The notes below the pieces were generated by a model that saw only the letters and a list, made by a program, of their open reading frames with translations, was not told the origin of the DNA and made no database searches. The translations under genes were made by a program, and so were the position numbers. From Callorhinchus milii (taxonomy: Eukaryota), in NCBI RefSeq assembly GCF_018977255.1, contig NW_024704743.1, positions 40,240,001-40,304,000 on the forward strand: a DNA stretch of 64,000 bases. Reading direction: 5' to 3'. Below, in pieces: positions 12,123 through 25,036 of the stretch (within the stretch, counting starts at the first letter, position 1; each line of letters opens with the position of its first letter).

Positions 12123-12344
12123 AAGGCATCTCCAAGTGCTTCACATTCATCACAATTGATCACAAATTCTCTATAAATGGTCACTTTAATGGTCTGAAAT
12201 TTATATTGGCCTTAGGGTGGCCTGCGATGGAATCCTAAAAGATGTTTTAAATATGGAAGGTGTCACATTGGCAGAACACTGATGCTGTAAGATGGCTACC
12301 AGCTCTATTAATCTGCACATTTTGTACCCAATGTGAACATCACA

Positions 12345-12835
12345 TGTAGAATCCTGCAGCTTAGTGGTTAGAGCACTCGCCTAGCAAGCGAGAGACCTGG
12401 GTTTGATTCCCTGCAAGGCAAAATGTTGGGCAAGTTTCCTTACTCCACAAGCCTCTGTTTACTTAGCAATAGGTAGGAACGCGATTATTAGTCAATTGGC
12501 GGATCAATTTTCTGGGGATAATATCTCCTTCAAAAAAAAAGAAATCCACATTGACTCACTTTCCTTTCTCCATAGATGGTGCCTGACCTGCTGAATGTTC
12601 CCATCGACTTCTGTATTTGTTTTCAGATTTCCAGCATCTGCAGGATTTCGTGTTTTGTTAATAAGAAATCCATGACTGTTTCTGGGACACTGCTGTGCAC
12701 AACTGACTGCCACGTTTCGCCCACAAAATATACAGTCAATTCACTTTACAGCATATTCTGTGAAGCGCTTAAAGACTTCTCAACGACGTGATAAGGCACT
12801 ATATCAAATGCAAGGATTATTATCATTATTATGAT
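12345..12835 (+). mobile_element. tRNA-derived SINE (longer subfamily) interrupted by a Penelope 3' piece
   Basis: Head gtagaatcctgcagcttagtggttagagcactcgc; subfamily block gcctctgtttacttagcaataggtaggaac; SINE resumes at 12663. Confidence 0.9.
12549..12662 (+). mobile_element. Short Penelope-like 3' terminal insertion with 10-bp TSD
   Basis: Highly similar to 17775-17881; flanked by aagaaatcca at 12539-12548 and 12663-12672. Confidence 0.8.
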
Positions 12836-12926
12836 TACATAGCTTCAAACCAAAACAATATATTTCACCCTTACCCTGATTCTTCTCGACCACAACTAAC
12901 AAAGTCCAGCTATCATGCCACAATAA

Positions 12927-14497
12927 CTACAACAACAACAAAATTATAATCGTATAGCGCCTTTCACATCGGGAGGATGTCCCAAGGCGCTGGACAGTCA
13001 GTGTTTCAGAATTGAGCTGGGGGTCAAGATAGGGAAGGGTGGAGGGCTGAGGGAAGCAGGGTGATCGAAAGCATGGTCGAAGAGGAGCGTCTTGAGATGG
13101 GTCTTGAAGGATGCAAGGGAGGAGTCGAGGTGGAGGGACTGCGGGATGGAGTTCCAGAAGGTGGGAGCAAAGTGGCAGAAGGTCTGCCCACCAATGGAGG
13201 AGCGGGCGAGGCAGCGGATGTGAAGCAGATCAGAGCATGCTGAACGGAGGGAGCGAACAGGATGGTAGGGGGTTAGGAGATCACAGAGGTAGTGGGGAGC
13301 AAGACAATGGAGGGCGTTATAGGTGAGGACCAGGATCTTGAACTGTATCCTCTGTGTGATGGGAAGCCAGTGGAGTCAGGCGAGGATGGGGGTGATACGG
13401 TTAAGGAGCCTGGAGCAGGAGAGGACATGGGCTGCAGAGTTCTGGATGATCTGCAACCTATGGAAGGAGGAGTTGGGGAGGCCGACAAGCAAGAAGTTTG
13501 CATAGTCAAACCTCGATGTAATGAACGTGTGTATAAGGGTTTTGGCAGCCTGCAGTGTGAGACAGTGGTGGAGCCGGGCAATGTTACAGAGGTGGGGGAA
13601 GGCAGAACGGTCATGGTACAGATGTGGGGTGGAAAGGATAGTTGAGGGTGAATCAAGACCCCAAGGTTCCGGACTGGCTTAGCAAGGTGGAGTGTGCAAC
13701 CATGGATGGTGATGCTGTCAATGCTTGAGGTGAGGAGGTGCTGACGGGAGCCAATCAGGTGGGCCTCGGTCTTGTTGACGTTCAACTGAACAAAGTTAGC
13801 TCTCATCCAGGACTTGATGTCTGACAGACATTCTGTCAGGACAGCAGTGGTCCTGGAGTCAAGAGTGGAGCCAGAGAGATAATGTTCGGTGTCATCTGCA
13901 TACATGTGGAAGTTGACCCCATGTCTGTGGATGATGTCACCAAGTGGGAGCATATGGATGTTGAAGAGGAGGGGACCAAGGACAGAGCCCAAAGGAATGC
14001 CGCACAATACGGTGCGGGAGCTTGAGGAGAAACCATTGGTGGAGATGAAGTGAAGGTGGTGTGAAAGGTGAGATCTGAACCATTTAAGGCCAGAACTGTG
14101 AAGGCTGAGGTGAGAGGAGAGGTGGTGGATGAGGATAGAGTGGTCAACAATGTTGAAGGCAGTAGAGGGATTAAGGAGGACGAAGAGGCAGAGGAAGCTC
14201 TGGTCGCAGATGGGCAGAATGTCATTTGTCCCTTTGACCAATGCTGTTTCTGTGCTTTGGGCGGGATGGAAACTCGATTGGAGGGGTTCGTGAATGGAGT
14301 GGCGGGAGAGGAAGGAGTGAAGCTGCGAAGCAATGACTTGTTCCAGGACCTTATAGAGGAAAGGGAGGTTGGAGATGGGGTGGTAATTTGAGAGCAGGAA
14401 TGGGACCAGGGAGGTTTTTTTAAGGATAGGTGTGATTACTCCCATTTTTAAAGGGGTGGGAACGGTACCGGTGGACAAGGAGAGGTTTATGATGTCA
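12927..14497 (-). mobile_element. L2 LINE, 5'-truncated, decayed RT ORF (13273-14478, 401 aa)
   Basis: NYHPISNLPFLYKVLE, ETALVKGTND, GIPLGSVLGPLLFNIHM, FHMYADDT motifs; frameshifted C-terminus; L2 tail + (TTG)n at 12927-12945. Confidence 0.95.
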
Positions 14498-15469
14498 ATC
14501 TAGATATTAGGAGGATTGATTTGCAATATTGTGGGAAGGCAAGCTAATCAGGATCACCAAGGCAACAGATTGTTTGTTTAATACATTGAATACTTTAAAC
14601 AAAATAAAATTCAGAATTAAAAGAAAACCTTTGTGAGGTTAGAAGCCAAAATGCTTCTAAATTAAATTTCAGTTGGGTGGCATGTATTACGTGCTAAAGA
14701 TTTGTAACTTTTAATAAGTATAATTAGGAAAATGGGTCTGGTGAAGTATGAAATGCAAGTATTTTGATACTAAATTATGCACATATATAATACATAAATA
14801 CTGACATTAAATCAGATATGTTTTGTGGAACTTAAAAGTATATGTCTAACATTCCTTTATGCCATGCATAATAATCTTCAGTGATGCAGCTAGTTCTTTG
14901 CTGCAGTATGATATTGAATGCATGGGAAAATCTCATCAAATCTTTTTTTTAATCAGATTATTGTTACACTGATAATGCTGTAAACAAACTGAACAATGTT
15001 ATTACATTCTGTCAGTTTCAAAATTTCAGTTTCAGTTTCAATTCAAAATTCAAAAGATTACACAATTGAATCAGGCTGTTTAGTAACATATAATGGTCAC
15101 ACTTAGCTCATTCAAATAAAAAACAAAGAGATCATATTTGTATTCTATCGTCATAATAGGTGCAAAACAAATCCCTTTATTCTATTAAATTATAATTCTT
15201 GTCCCCGCATTATTCAAATAGAATATCCTATTGCCCCAATATCAGTCAATTTCATAAAAATGAATACAACTGCAAAAATCAGAAGAATCAGAAGAATCAA
15301 CTGCCACAGAAAGACAGCAACAAACTGTAGTTAATTGACTATTTGGGTCTGTGCGTGTGATTCTCTATGTGAATCCTGGGTAGAATAATGATGGGAATTC
15401 CGAAGAAGAAGAAAAAAATAACAGTTTTGCAAATGACTGGAGAAACTCCATTCTCTTTATCAAAATGTA

Positions 15470-15652
15470 TCATGGCAAAAATCCTCCATATAAGTCACTG
15501 ACTCGGTGACCGTTTGTGGGACATTGCTGTGTGCAAACTACCTGCCGCATTCACCTACAAAATAGTGCACAAAGTCACTGTGCTTTACAGTATATCCTGT
15601 GAAGCCCCTGATATGAAAGGTGTTATGTCAAATCCAAGAATAATTACTATTA
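15470..15652 (+). mobile_element. Degenerate SINE 3' fragment
   Basis: gtttgtgggacattgctgtgtgcaaactacctgccgcatt..aaaggtgttatgtcaaatccaagaataatt. Confidence 0.6.
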
Positions 15653-16329
15653 CTGTGCTTGGGTCGACCTCATTCTTGTCTTCCAAGCAGTCTTGTGGTT
15701 GCACTACATTATTGTACCACACATTCAAACCACTAGTATTTATTACTTTATCTTGTATTGTACCATATTATTTGTACTATTTACATTACAAATATGCTTG
15801 CAAAGTTCTTTGGTTATTACTTGTTTATTTACGAAGCTGAATACAACATTACTTAAAAACGATATACACTTCAGTAGGATGCCAGTCATACAAAGGTTAT
15901 TATCCCCAAACGACGCAAACATAGCCAGGCTTCATTGTAATGATTTAAGAAATTGCTTTCCTAACATTGAAAATGTACTACGGAGAAAACGATCACATAT
16001 TTTTGAATATAAGTGACTGTACAATGATCCAAGGTAAACAGCTTTTTTGGATGAGTTTTTAACATTCTAATAGAGCATTATAAATGCTCTCACATTGATG
16101 ACAACATAATACAACATAATAATGNAAAAAAATCCAATTGTGGTTGTCATTTGAGTCACATTAAAATTCAGCAGATTGTGAAATTAAATTTTCTCTGCTG
16201 TTTATTTTGGGGGGTTTTATCACATACCAATATGTGAGTTGGATATAGCTAATGTGTTCTGCTATAAAACCGTAGAATAAAAATTCTCTTCTATGAGTGC
16301 TCAAGCATGGTAGGAGGGAAAGCGTATCC

Positions 16330-16938
16330 TTGTGCTGTGGTTCTTTGGAACAGCGACCTTAGATGGAGAGGTCAGAGTGCGAGTGGGAGGGAAGAATTGA
16401 AATGGCAAGAAACCGAAGCTCAGGGTTGAGCTTGCGGACAGAATGGAGGTTTTTTGGCAAATCGGTCACGCAATCTGCATTTCGTCTTCCCAGTGGAGAG
16501 GAGACCACATCGTAAGCAGTGAATGCAGTAAACTACATTGGTGATAGTGCACGTAAATCACTGCCTCACTTGAAAACTGTGTTTGGGGCCCTGGAGAGTG
16601 GTATAGGAGGAGGTAAAAGGGCAGGTATTGCATCTGCTGTGCTGGCATGGGAAGGAGCAGGGAAACTGATAGTGGTGATGGAGGAATGAACCAGGGAGTC
16701 AGGGAGGGAAAGCTCCCTTCGGAATGCTAAGAAGGGAGTGGAGGGAAAGATATTTTTAGTGGTTGGGTCACGCTGGAGGTGCCGGAAATGGTGGAGAATT
16801 ATTTTGTGGATGTTGAGGCTGATGGGGTGGGAAGTGAGGACTAGGGGGATCTTATCACAGTTCTGGGAAGAGTGGGAAGGAGTGAGGGCAGAGTTGCGGG
16901 AAATAGGATGGACATGGTCGAGGGTCCTGTCCACCACA
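16330..16938 (-). mobile_element. Penelope-like element, RT C-terminal/GIY-YIG part (inverted arm)
   Basis: Minus strand KIPLVLTSHPISLNIHKIILHHFRHLQRDPTTKNIFPSTPFLAFRRE then, across frameshifts, VVYCIHC..CGLL..GKTKCRL.DRF...HFNS: Penelope GIY-YIG endonuclease pattern. Confidence 0.85.
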
Positions 16939-16952
16939 GTGACACACAGTTA

Positions 16953-17264
16953 TGTGGAGTTCTGTATCTCAATGGTTAGAGCACTCGCTTTGCAAGGGAG
17001 AGACCTGGGTTTGATTCCCGGCAGGGCGAAACCTTGGGCAAGTTTCCTTACTCCACAAGCCTGATAATAATCCCTCAAGAAAAAAAACGCAATATAATTT
17101 GGTCACTCAATCCACAACTGTTTGTGGGACACTGATGTGCACAATTGACTGCCACGTTTCACCCACAAATATATAGTCAATTCACTTTACAGTATATTTT
17201 GTGAAGCGCTTTGAGACGTCTCGAAGATGTGAAAAGAGCTATATCAAATGCAAGGATTATTATT
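16953..17264 (+). mobile_element. Young tRNA-derived SINE inserted at the Penelope inversion junction
   Basis: Full head-to-tail SINE, tail aaatgcaaggattattatt. Confidence 0.92.
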
Positions 17265-17269
17265 TAACA

Positions 17270-17881
17270 CTGCCTCCGGTCTCTTGCCATTTTAACTCTC
17301 CCTCCCACTCGCACTCTGATCTCTCCATCCATGGTCTCCTACACTGTTTCAATGAGCCACACTGCAAGCTCAAGGAATAGCACCTCATTTATCTACTAGG
17401 TACCTTAAGCCCTCTGGTCTATTGATTTCAACAATTTCAAACCATAACAGCTCACCTACCCCCACCCTCTGTTCTGTGACCATTCCCACATCATCTTGGT
17501 CCCAGACACACCTTTTCTCTCCCTGATCTGCCTGTATTGTTCTTTCACCTTCCCACCCCTTTTGTTCTGCAGTATTAATACCGCTATTCCCCTGCTTCGG
17601 TGCAATCTCCCCCTTTGTTCTGCATCATTAACAACTCTTTAACCCATCATCCCCTGTCCGCTACCCCATTTTCTCCTGTCTTCCTTGCCCTGCCTTCCCC
17701 CTCTTTGTTAGCCCTTTAATTCCTCTCCCTCCCAACATGGCCCAGTTCTGATGAAGGGTCGTGGACCTGAAATGTTGACTCACTTTCCTTTCTCCATAGA
17801 TGCTGCCTGACCTGCTGAGTGTTCCCAGAGACTTCTGTTTTAGTTTTCATATTTCTAGCATCTGCAGTATTTTGTGTTTTG
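17270..17881 (+). mobile_element. Penelope-like element, GIY-YIG C-terminus + 3' UTR/pLTR
   Basis: HFNSPSHSHSDLSIHGLLHCFNEPHCKLKE.HLI..LG = Penelope C-terminus; pyrimidine-rich UTR; terminal gatgctgcctgacctgctgagt...agcatctgcagtattttg. Confidence 0.85.
17743..17780 (+). ncRNA. Minimal type I hammerhead ribozyme motif (Penelope-associated, probably mutated)
   Basis: cagtt-CTGATGA(17748-17754)-agggtc-gtg-gacct-GAAA(17769-17772)-tGTT-gact: catalytic cores, helix II, helix I agtt/gact; GAAAC>GAAAT fits CpG decay. Confidence 0.7.
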
Positions 17882-17959
17882 AATAATAATCCTTATATTT
17901 GGTATAGCATGTTTCACAGCAGTAGGATATCCTAATGCTTTTGTGAAGTGGAGTTACAA

Positions 17960-18275
17960 TGTTTCTGTGAGTGTACACAACAGCCAATTTGCACACAGCA
18001 ATGTCCCTTAAAAGCCATGAAGTAAATAACCAATTTTATTTGAGGTATTGTTGGTCAGGACATTGGAAGAGACCCCCTTCTCTTTTCATACAATGCCATG
18101 GGACCTTTAACATCCACCTAGGTAGAAAATGGCGTTTCATTTTAACGTCTCATTTGAAGGATGGCACTTCCAACATTGCAGCACTCCTAGCACCTTCCTC
18201 ACTGGAGTGTTACGAATTCCAAGTCCCGATGTGGGGCTCTCAGAGGTGAGAGTGCTACCAACTGTGCCTGGCTGA
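17960..18275 (-). mobile_element. Old Deu-domain SINE
   Basis: gccatgggacctttaacatccacct..ttaacgtctcatttgaaggatggcacttccaacattgcagcact core. Confidence 0.8.
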
Positions 18276-18292
18276 CACACAAGATAAAGTGT

Positions 18293-18611
18293 TAATAATA
18301 ATAATAATTTTTGCATTTGATATAGCGCTTTTCACGTCTTCTAGACGTCCCAAAGCGCTTCACAGAATATATTGTAAAGTGAATTGACTGTATATTTGTG
18401 GGCAAACGCGGCAGCCAATTGCGCACAGCAGTGTCCCATAAACTGTCGTAGATTTAAAATGACCAATGTATTATTGTTTTTTGTTTTGGAGGGATTATTA
18501 TTAGGCGTGTGGAGTAAGGAAACTTGCCCAAGGTCTCGCCCTGCCTGTAATTGAACTCAGGTCTCTTGTTTGCAAAGCGAGTGCTCTAACCACTGAGCTA
18601 CAGGACTCCAC
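18293..18611 (-). mobile_element. Young tRNA-derived SINE, full length
   Basis: (aat)n tail to ctacaggactccac head. Confidence 0.94.
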
Positions 18612-18865
18612 GAATTGAATGTGTGACATTTTCATTGAGATAAGGTAAGTAGCTGCACTGCATGTGCCAAGTACCTCCAAACAGATAGAGTGGTTTCAAC
18701 AAGTTGTGTTTTAATTGAAAACTTGAAGCAGAAAATTTGGAAGATCTCCATAAAAACATTGTGGGGACATTTGTTAACATTTTATAACTGATTCGGTTTG
18801 ACAATTGTAACTTCACAATGATAATTGTCCCCCCAAAGAGAGAATGAGCATTCCATCCAACAATC

Positions 18866-19065
18866 TACAACAACAACAACTTGGATTTATATAGTGCCCT
18901 CCACGCCGGACGGCATCTCAAGACCACTTCACAGTCACGGATCTCGGGGTCAAGCCAGGGGGAGGAGGAGGAAGGTGACCAAAGGCGCGGTCGAAAAGAA
19001 AGGTCTTCACTCATGACCTGAAAATAGGAAGAGAGGGGACGAGGCAAAGGGAGTGAGGAAGGGAG
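18866..19065 (-). mobile_element. L2 3' end (family B tail)
   Basis: (caa)n cttggatttatatagtgccctccacgccggacggcatctc; same tail as at 36113 and 59780. Confidence 0.88.
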
Positions 19066-19169
19066 ATATCTCTAGAATTTCCATGTGAAGGTGGGATGTA
19101 TGGATTTCTCAGTTTGGTTTGGATACTCTTAAACATGGTGATGGGTTTTCACATGTGTCAGACAAAAAA

Positions 19170-19300
19170 TGGCATATTTAAAGGTAGATATTTGGCTGCA
19201 CAGGATATTATGAAGTATGGAGGAAAAGATGGGAAATGGGATCAAAAGATTGGGCAGAACAGGCTTGATTGGTTAAACAGTCTCATCCTGCTCCTAAATC
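19170..19300 (+). mobile_element. CR1 3' UTR fragment
   Basis: atttaaaggtagatatttg..tatggaggaaaagatgggaaatggg..gggcagaacaggcttgattggttaaacagtctcatcctgctcct. Confidence 0.55.
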
Positions 19301-20234
19301 CACTTTTTCCCATGATCGGATAACAGATGTTTTTGGGCTGGAGCCTGAAACTTAAGATTTTCACCTGAACTGAATGATTGAATAATAGTAATTTTATATT
19401 TGATATAGAGTCTTATCACGTCTTCGAGACGACAAGGAAGTTGAAGGAAGTTATTGAGACAGATGCTTCATATTATTCATAATTTTTCAAGTTCCAGAAA
19501 TGATTACTGACCAGGAAAAATGTGTACATGAGTTTTAGTGATGGAATCATTGTGATCCTTCATCTCTATTTATGCCTAAAGCCAAAATAAGAAGGTGGAC
19601 AGTTTGTTTACTGTATATTAATAATGTATGTTTGCAATGGGTTTCATTATCCATGTGTATCAACAAAGATGATTAAATGTATCGTAGCATGGATGATAAT
19701 AATAATTCCTACATTTAATAAAGCACCTTTCACATTAAGAGGTTTTCTAATAGTGCTTCACAAGGTATATTGTAAGTATATTGAGACGGTTATAAAATTG
19801 CCACAGAATGATTAAGGTGGAGATGTCACCAGAACACAACATTGTTTAAAGACCTTTGAAAGGAAGAGCAATCTTAATAGAAAAGGAATAAATAGAGAAA
19901 CTGAAGATCAGTGTTGGTGAATGGATTAGTTAAAACTAACCTAAAGGCTAAAAGGAATTGTTGTATTAATTCAAGGAATCAGACATTAATGAGGATTTGA
20001 AGCCTTGTAAAGGTCAGTTGCAGACAACTGCACTGAATATAAAATAATCGGAAAGCAGACTTTAGATTCTTGATAGGTGCAAAAGGATTTTTGTTATATA
20101 AACCCTGCATAAATTAAAATAAAAAGATTTGATAATTACTGAAGGATAACTCTGGAATCTGTAGCATACTACTGAAGTTTAACCCACTAATATTGCATAG
20201 CTTGCCATTGAGAGCAATGTCATCAGATATCAGC

Positions 20235-20430
20235 AATAACTGGAGTTCTTGAAATGAACTAGGAATTAAATTTTGGACACTAGCGTTTAAGAGGAAGCTA
20301 CATATACACATCAGAGAAGATTTTGGGAGGTAGTAAGTAGTAGGTGGAGAATTGTATGAAATATCAACACTGGCACGGACTATTTGGGTCGAATGGTCTG
20401 TCTCCATTCTGTACAATCCATGTAACTGTT
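20235..20430 (+). mobile_element. CR1 3' end fragment
   Basis: gcgtttaagaggaagcta..ggcacggactatttgggtcgaatggtctgtctccattctgtacaatccatgtaac. Confidence 0.6.
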
Positions 20431-22049
20431 GCAGATGGCAATGTCCATAGGAGACTAACATTGCAAATTTGATCAGACTATGGCTTGAGGAAGACACAAA
20501 ATCATGGACGAGCAGGTTTAGTGAAGAGAAGGTAGACTTTGTGGTATTCAACACACATATTTGACTGTGTTCTGGCACATCGGTGCTTACTATGCACAGA
20601 AGGTTTGGAACAATGTAAGAGTTTGGAATACCCACAGTTCTTATGATCCATTATTATCTTGTGTGGATCTGAGTTTAAAGTGCATCAGAAGCTCTACCTC
20701 TGAGATTCATATAGTCTCAGACCACAGATTGGCTCACTTCCAATCCACAGACGGGGGATATCCGACAATTCTGGGGCTGGCATCAACCCCTCAATCACAC
20801 ATGGATTTAGCACTCCAAACAGCTCTTCTCTGGCTATAATTGATAAAGGATTAGCCCTCCAAACAGCCCTGATGTTTGTAGTTCCTGGTGTGGGATTGCA
20901 ATCATCTCTAAGGGAAGGTTTTGTGGAGGTTAGAAATGTAGTTCAGTTTCATTTGTTATTTTTTGATTACATTGATAATCTGTGTTAAGATTGCTACAAA
21001 ACCCAGTAGAATTATCAGAAGAGAAAACAAATTGAAGAGGTTTGCTTTCTGATGTGATGTACTTTCTTTTAATAGACTATATATAAATCAATGGCTATCA
21101 CCTGCCATGATTGGCCACATCTTGCATTGCAATTTGCACCTCTAATACTATCTACAATTGTAGTTCATGATTGCTGATGGAAAATAGAAGGGAAAATAAT
21201 CCTTGAATTGCAATAGTTTAATAATCAGTGACACCATCGACTGTACATAATAATTCCCTTTTTGAAAAATGTAAGGTACTTAAACCTCAAGGAATTAAGC
21301 ACCAAAACAAGGAGTTGCATCTCAGAAGTACCTTGGCTATTCCAAGCCTATCAATTTATTAATACCCCAGTTTTCTCCTCATGCTGATGCTGTATCAATT
21401 ATTATAAATGGGATGGAATCCTGTTTTTCTTGATTTGATTTTGTGGGAGCCCAACAAAACACACTGGAGAAAATGTATACCACCCACAATGGCACGAGTG
21501 CCAGGCTGATCAAGTTAAGACGAGAGGATATAACACTTTACCTTTCATTTATGAAGTATATTTTTGCCATTTCAAAACTATTTTCTATTTTATAAATGAA
21601 GATCGTTCACTCACATCACATGGTGACATAATCCTTTTTAATTAACAGGCTTTAAATTGTAAGATTATTCCCACGTGTAGATTTGCTCATAATTGTTTTC
21701 TTTCTCTGAAATGAATGCTTAAAAAGAAATTTTAGTCACAGGACTTTCAAGTGGGCTGGAACGCTTGAAGCAATCATTGGCTGGCAGAACATGTTCCATT
21801 TCCATAGGAATTTTTGAATCAAAGACTTCACTACTGGATTCTGGCATGTAGGATTATCTTTAAATCTTTCTGAGTGCATAATTCTTATAATGAATTGGAA
21901 TAAAACTTATTTTCTCAAGCTATTTTCAATCCATTTTGATTGTATTTCATTTTGTGATGTGCATTTGTATGCTTATTTTAGTCATATCTTTAAGGAATGC
22001 GGAACTGAAGCTGAGTTTGAAGCAGAAAATATCAACATATTTAAGAATT

Positions 22050-22245
22050 AACTCAATGCACATAATAGGGAGATGCGAATAGAGCCCATCATGTCTATGT
22101 TGGCTCTTTTAAGCAGAAATTCTTTCAGTCCTGCCTTTTCCCCATACCCCAGTTGTTTACTCCTCTTTAGATATTTAACTAGTTCCCTTTTGAAAGAGCA
22201 ACATGGATTCTGACCAACTTCTGCTCCCGTAGGGCATTCCATATC
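22050..22245 (-). mobile_element. CR1 3' end fragment
   Basis: SFKRELVKYLKRSKQLGYGEKAG (CR1 ORF2 end) in ORF 22048-22269. Confidence 0.7.
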
Positions 22246-22247
22246 AT

Positions 22248-24015
22248 AACTACAACAACAACATTTCATTTATAGAGCGCTTTTCACGTTGGGAGGACAT
22301 CCCAAGGTGCTGTACAGTTGGGTCAGGACCTGAGCAGGGGGGAAATGGTCAGGGGGAGGGAAGGGAGGGAGCGAGGAGGGGGTAGAGAGTCGAGAGGGGA
22401 GCTGAAGGCACGGTCGAAGAGAAAAGTCTTGAGACCGGCCTTGAAGGAGGAAAGGGAGGAAGCAAGGCGAAGGCACTGGGGGATAGAGATCCAGAGCCTC
22501 GGGGCTGAGAGATGTGGAGCAGACCGGAGCCAGAGGAACGGAGGGTACGGGCAGGTAAGTAGGGGGATAGTAGGTCGGAGAGGTAGGAGGGAGCAAGGCC
22601 GTGAATGGCCTTGTAGATGAGGATGAGGATCTAGAAATCGATCCTCTGGGGGATGGGGAGCCAGTGGAGGCGAGCGAGGGTGGGAGTGATGTGGTCGCAA
22701 AGCCTGGTGCGGGACAGTACATGAGCTGCAGAGTTCTGAATGACCTGCAGTGTGGAGGGAGGTGCCGGGAAGGCCGGTGAGAAGAGAATTCCCATAGTCC
22801 AGCCTTGAGGTGATAAAGACGTGGATCAGAGTTTCAGCGGCGTGAGGGGTGAGGTAGTGCCGTAGTCTGGCGATATTCTGGAGGTGATGGTAGGCGGTGC
22901 CAGTTGTGGCGCGGATATGAGGAAGAAAGGACAGTTCAGGGTCGAACAGAACGCCGAGGTTCCTGACTGGCTTTGAGAGGTGGAGAGTGCAGCCTTGGAT
23001 ACTGATACTGTCAGCGCCTGAGGTGCGGAGGCGCTGACGTGAGCCAATCAGGAGGGCCTCAGTTTTGCGCACGTTGAGCTAAAGAAAGTTGTCTCTCATC
23101 CAGGACTCAATGTCGGACAGGCAGACTGTCAGGACGTCGGTGGTCGTGGAGTTGAGGGTAGAGGAGGAAAGGTAGAGTTGGGTGTCATCCGCATAAATGT
23201 GGAAGTTAACCCCATGTCTGCGGATGATGTTACCAAGAATATAGAGGGTGAAGAGGAGGGGACCGAGGAAAGAGGCCTGAGGGACACCACACGAGACAGT
23301 GCGGGCCTGGAGGAAAAGCCGTTTGTGGAAACAAAATGAAGACGGTGGGAGAGGTCCAGCCAGATTTGTCGGTGGACCATTAGGCCAGATTTGAGGCTGG
23401 GGCATTCAGCGGCCCGCACCTGGCTCTTCAGTGAGTGGAGGTGGGTGATGAACCAGGGGGAGGAGCGAGAGTAGGAGACAGTACGGGAGGTGATGGGGGC
23501 AAGAGTGTAGAGTGTGGAGGAGAGGGTGCTGTGGAGGAGGGTGAGAGCAGAAGAGGGGTCAGTGAGGGATGAAGGCCAGAGGGGGAGGAGTTCAGAGGAC
23601 TTCAAGACAGCGGTTACGGATTGTGGGGGTAACTTCTTCCAGGGGCGGTAGAAGATGGTGGTGGGTCTGGTGGAGGTGGAGAGGGGGGTGGAGATGGTGA
23701 AGGAGATGAAGTGGTGATCGGAGACGGCCTTGTTGGTAATGGTGACATCCGAGACACTGAGGCCCCGGGTGATCACCAAATCGAGTGGGTGGCCGTGACT
23801 GCGAGTGGCGGAGTTGATGTGGAGGCAGAGGTTGAGCGAGGTGAGCAGGGAAGAGAAGTCCGTGGAGATGGAGCAGGAGGGGGTGAAGTGCAGGTTGAAG
23901 TCGCCCAGGATGATGAGGCAATCAGAGCAGAGGCAGAGAGATGTTAGTAGGGCAGAAATATCGGAGATGAAGGTGGGAGAGGTTTTAGGGGGCCGGTAGA
24001 GGAGGAAGATTTTGA
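22248..24015 (-). mobile_element. L2 LINE (family A), 5'-truncated with internal deletions
   Basis: APE-domain [22 protein letters not shown]-terminal AETLIHVFITSRLDYGNSLL and L2-A tail; jumps at ~22510 and ~23350. Confidence 0.95.
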
Positions 24016-24254
24016 GTCTTAACTACTTTAAGACTTTCCTTTTTGACGTGCTTACGGTCACCTACCCCTCACATGCAGGGCGCTATATAAATCCAAACTG
24101 CTGTTGCTGCTCTGTGTGAAAAAAACCTTCTCCTTACCTTCCCATTTGATAATTTGCTAACAATCTTAAATTGATACCCTCAAGTAACTGATTCATTGAT
24201 CAGTGGAAATAATTTCTCCCTATTGAATCTATCAAACCCTCTCAAAATGTTAAA

Positions 24255-24488
24255 ATGAAAAGAGAGGAGGGAAGGCAAAGGCACTGGGGGATAGAGTTCC
24301 AGAGCCTCGGGGCTGAGAGGCTGAAGGCCCGGCCACCAATGGTAGGGTGGTTGGGGCGGGGGATGTGGCGCAGACCGGAGTCAGAGGAACGGAGGGTACG
24401 GGCAGGTAAATAGGGGGATAGTAGGTCGGAGAGGTAGGAGGGAGCAAGGCCGTGAATGGCCTTGTAGGTGAGGATGAGGATCTTGAAT
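24255..24488 (-). mobile_element. L2-A fragment
   Basis: Highly similar to 22440-22635 and to the antisense of 49260-49490; flanked by CR1 3' scraps (24110-24250, 24490-24640). Confidence 0.85.
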
Positions 24489-25036
24489 TCGAGAAGATCT
24501 CTACCTGGTCACCAGTTTGTCTTTTTGGTTCCAGGACTATGGGAGATAGAATTAAGAGGGATGGAGACTCACATGAAATATAAACACTGGCTTGGACTAG
24601 TTGTACCAACTACCATGTAATATATAGTCTATGTAACTCTATGTTAAAATGATTTACTGAGCATACTCAAAAAGAGGGGCCTGAACATGGAGTTCATAAT
24701 CTCTCCTTCTACTATTGTAAGTTTATATTAGAAAAGTTTTGATATGACTGCCAGAAGTGTTACATTATTTCCTTCAATAACAGCAGAATTAACAGGGTTA
24801 GAATCACGACCAGTGACTACTAGCCAGTGAAAACAATTCTGTGAATCACTTTAAGAAGTCATCCTGAGATGATATTAAAGTGCATCAAACACTTGAAGAA
24901 AAAGAACTTTACCATGAAACTTTAGAATTATTAATTAGAATCAAAAGCTCCAATAAATATGATTTGCCACTGAACATTGCTACTGATTTGTCATAGTTGT
25001 TACATTTCACTGTACTTAGCTAAAAACAAGTGACAA

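Noticed and set aside
13273..14478. 401-aa ORF as a functional gene
   Set aside because: 5'-truncated L2 ORF2 with a non-ATG start, substituted motifs and a frameshifted C-terminus
16125..16125. Single N base
   Set aside because: Assembly ambiguity, no biological signal
20430..20900. Possible LINE endonuclease remnant ('SDHRL')
   Set aside because: Only one short motif; the surrounding frame lacks other APE signatures
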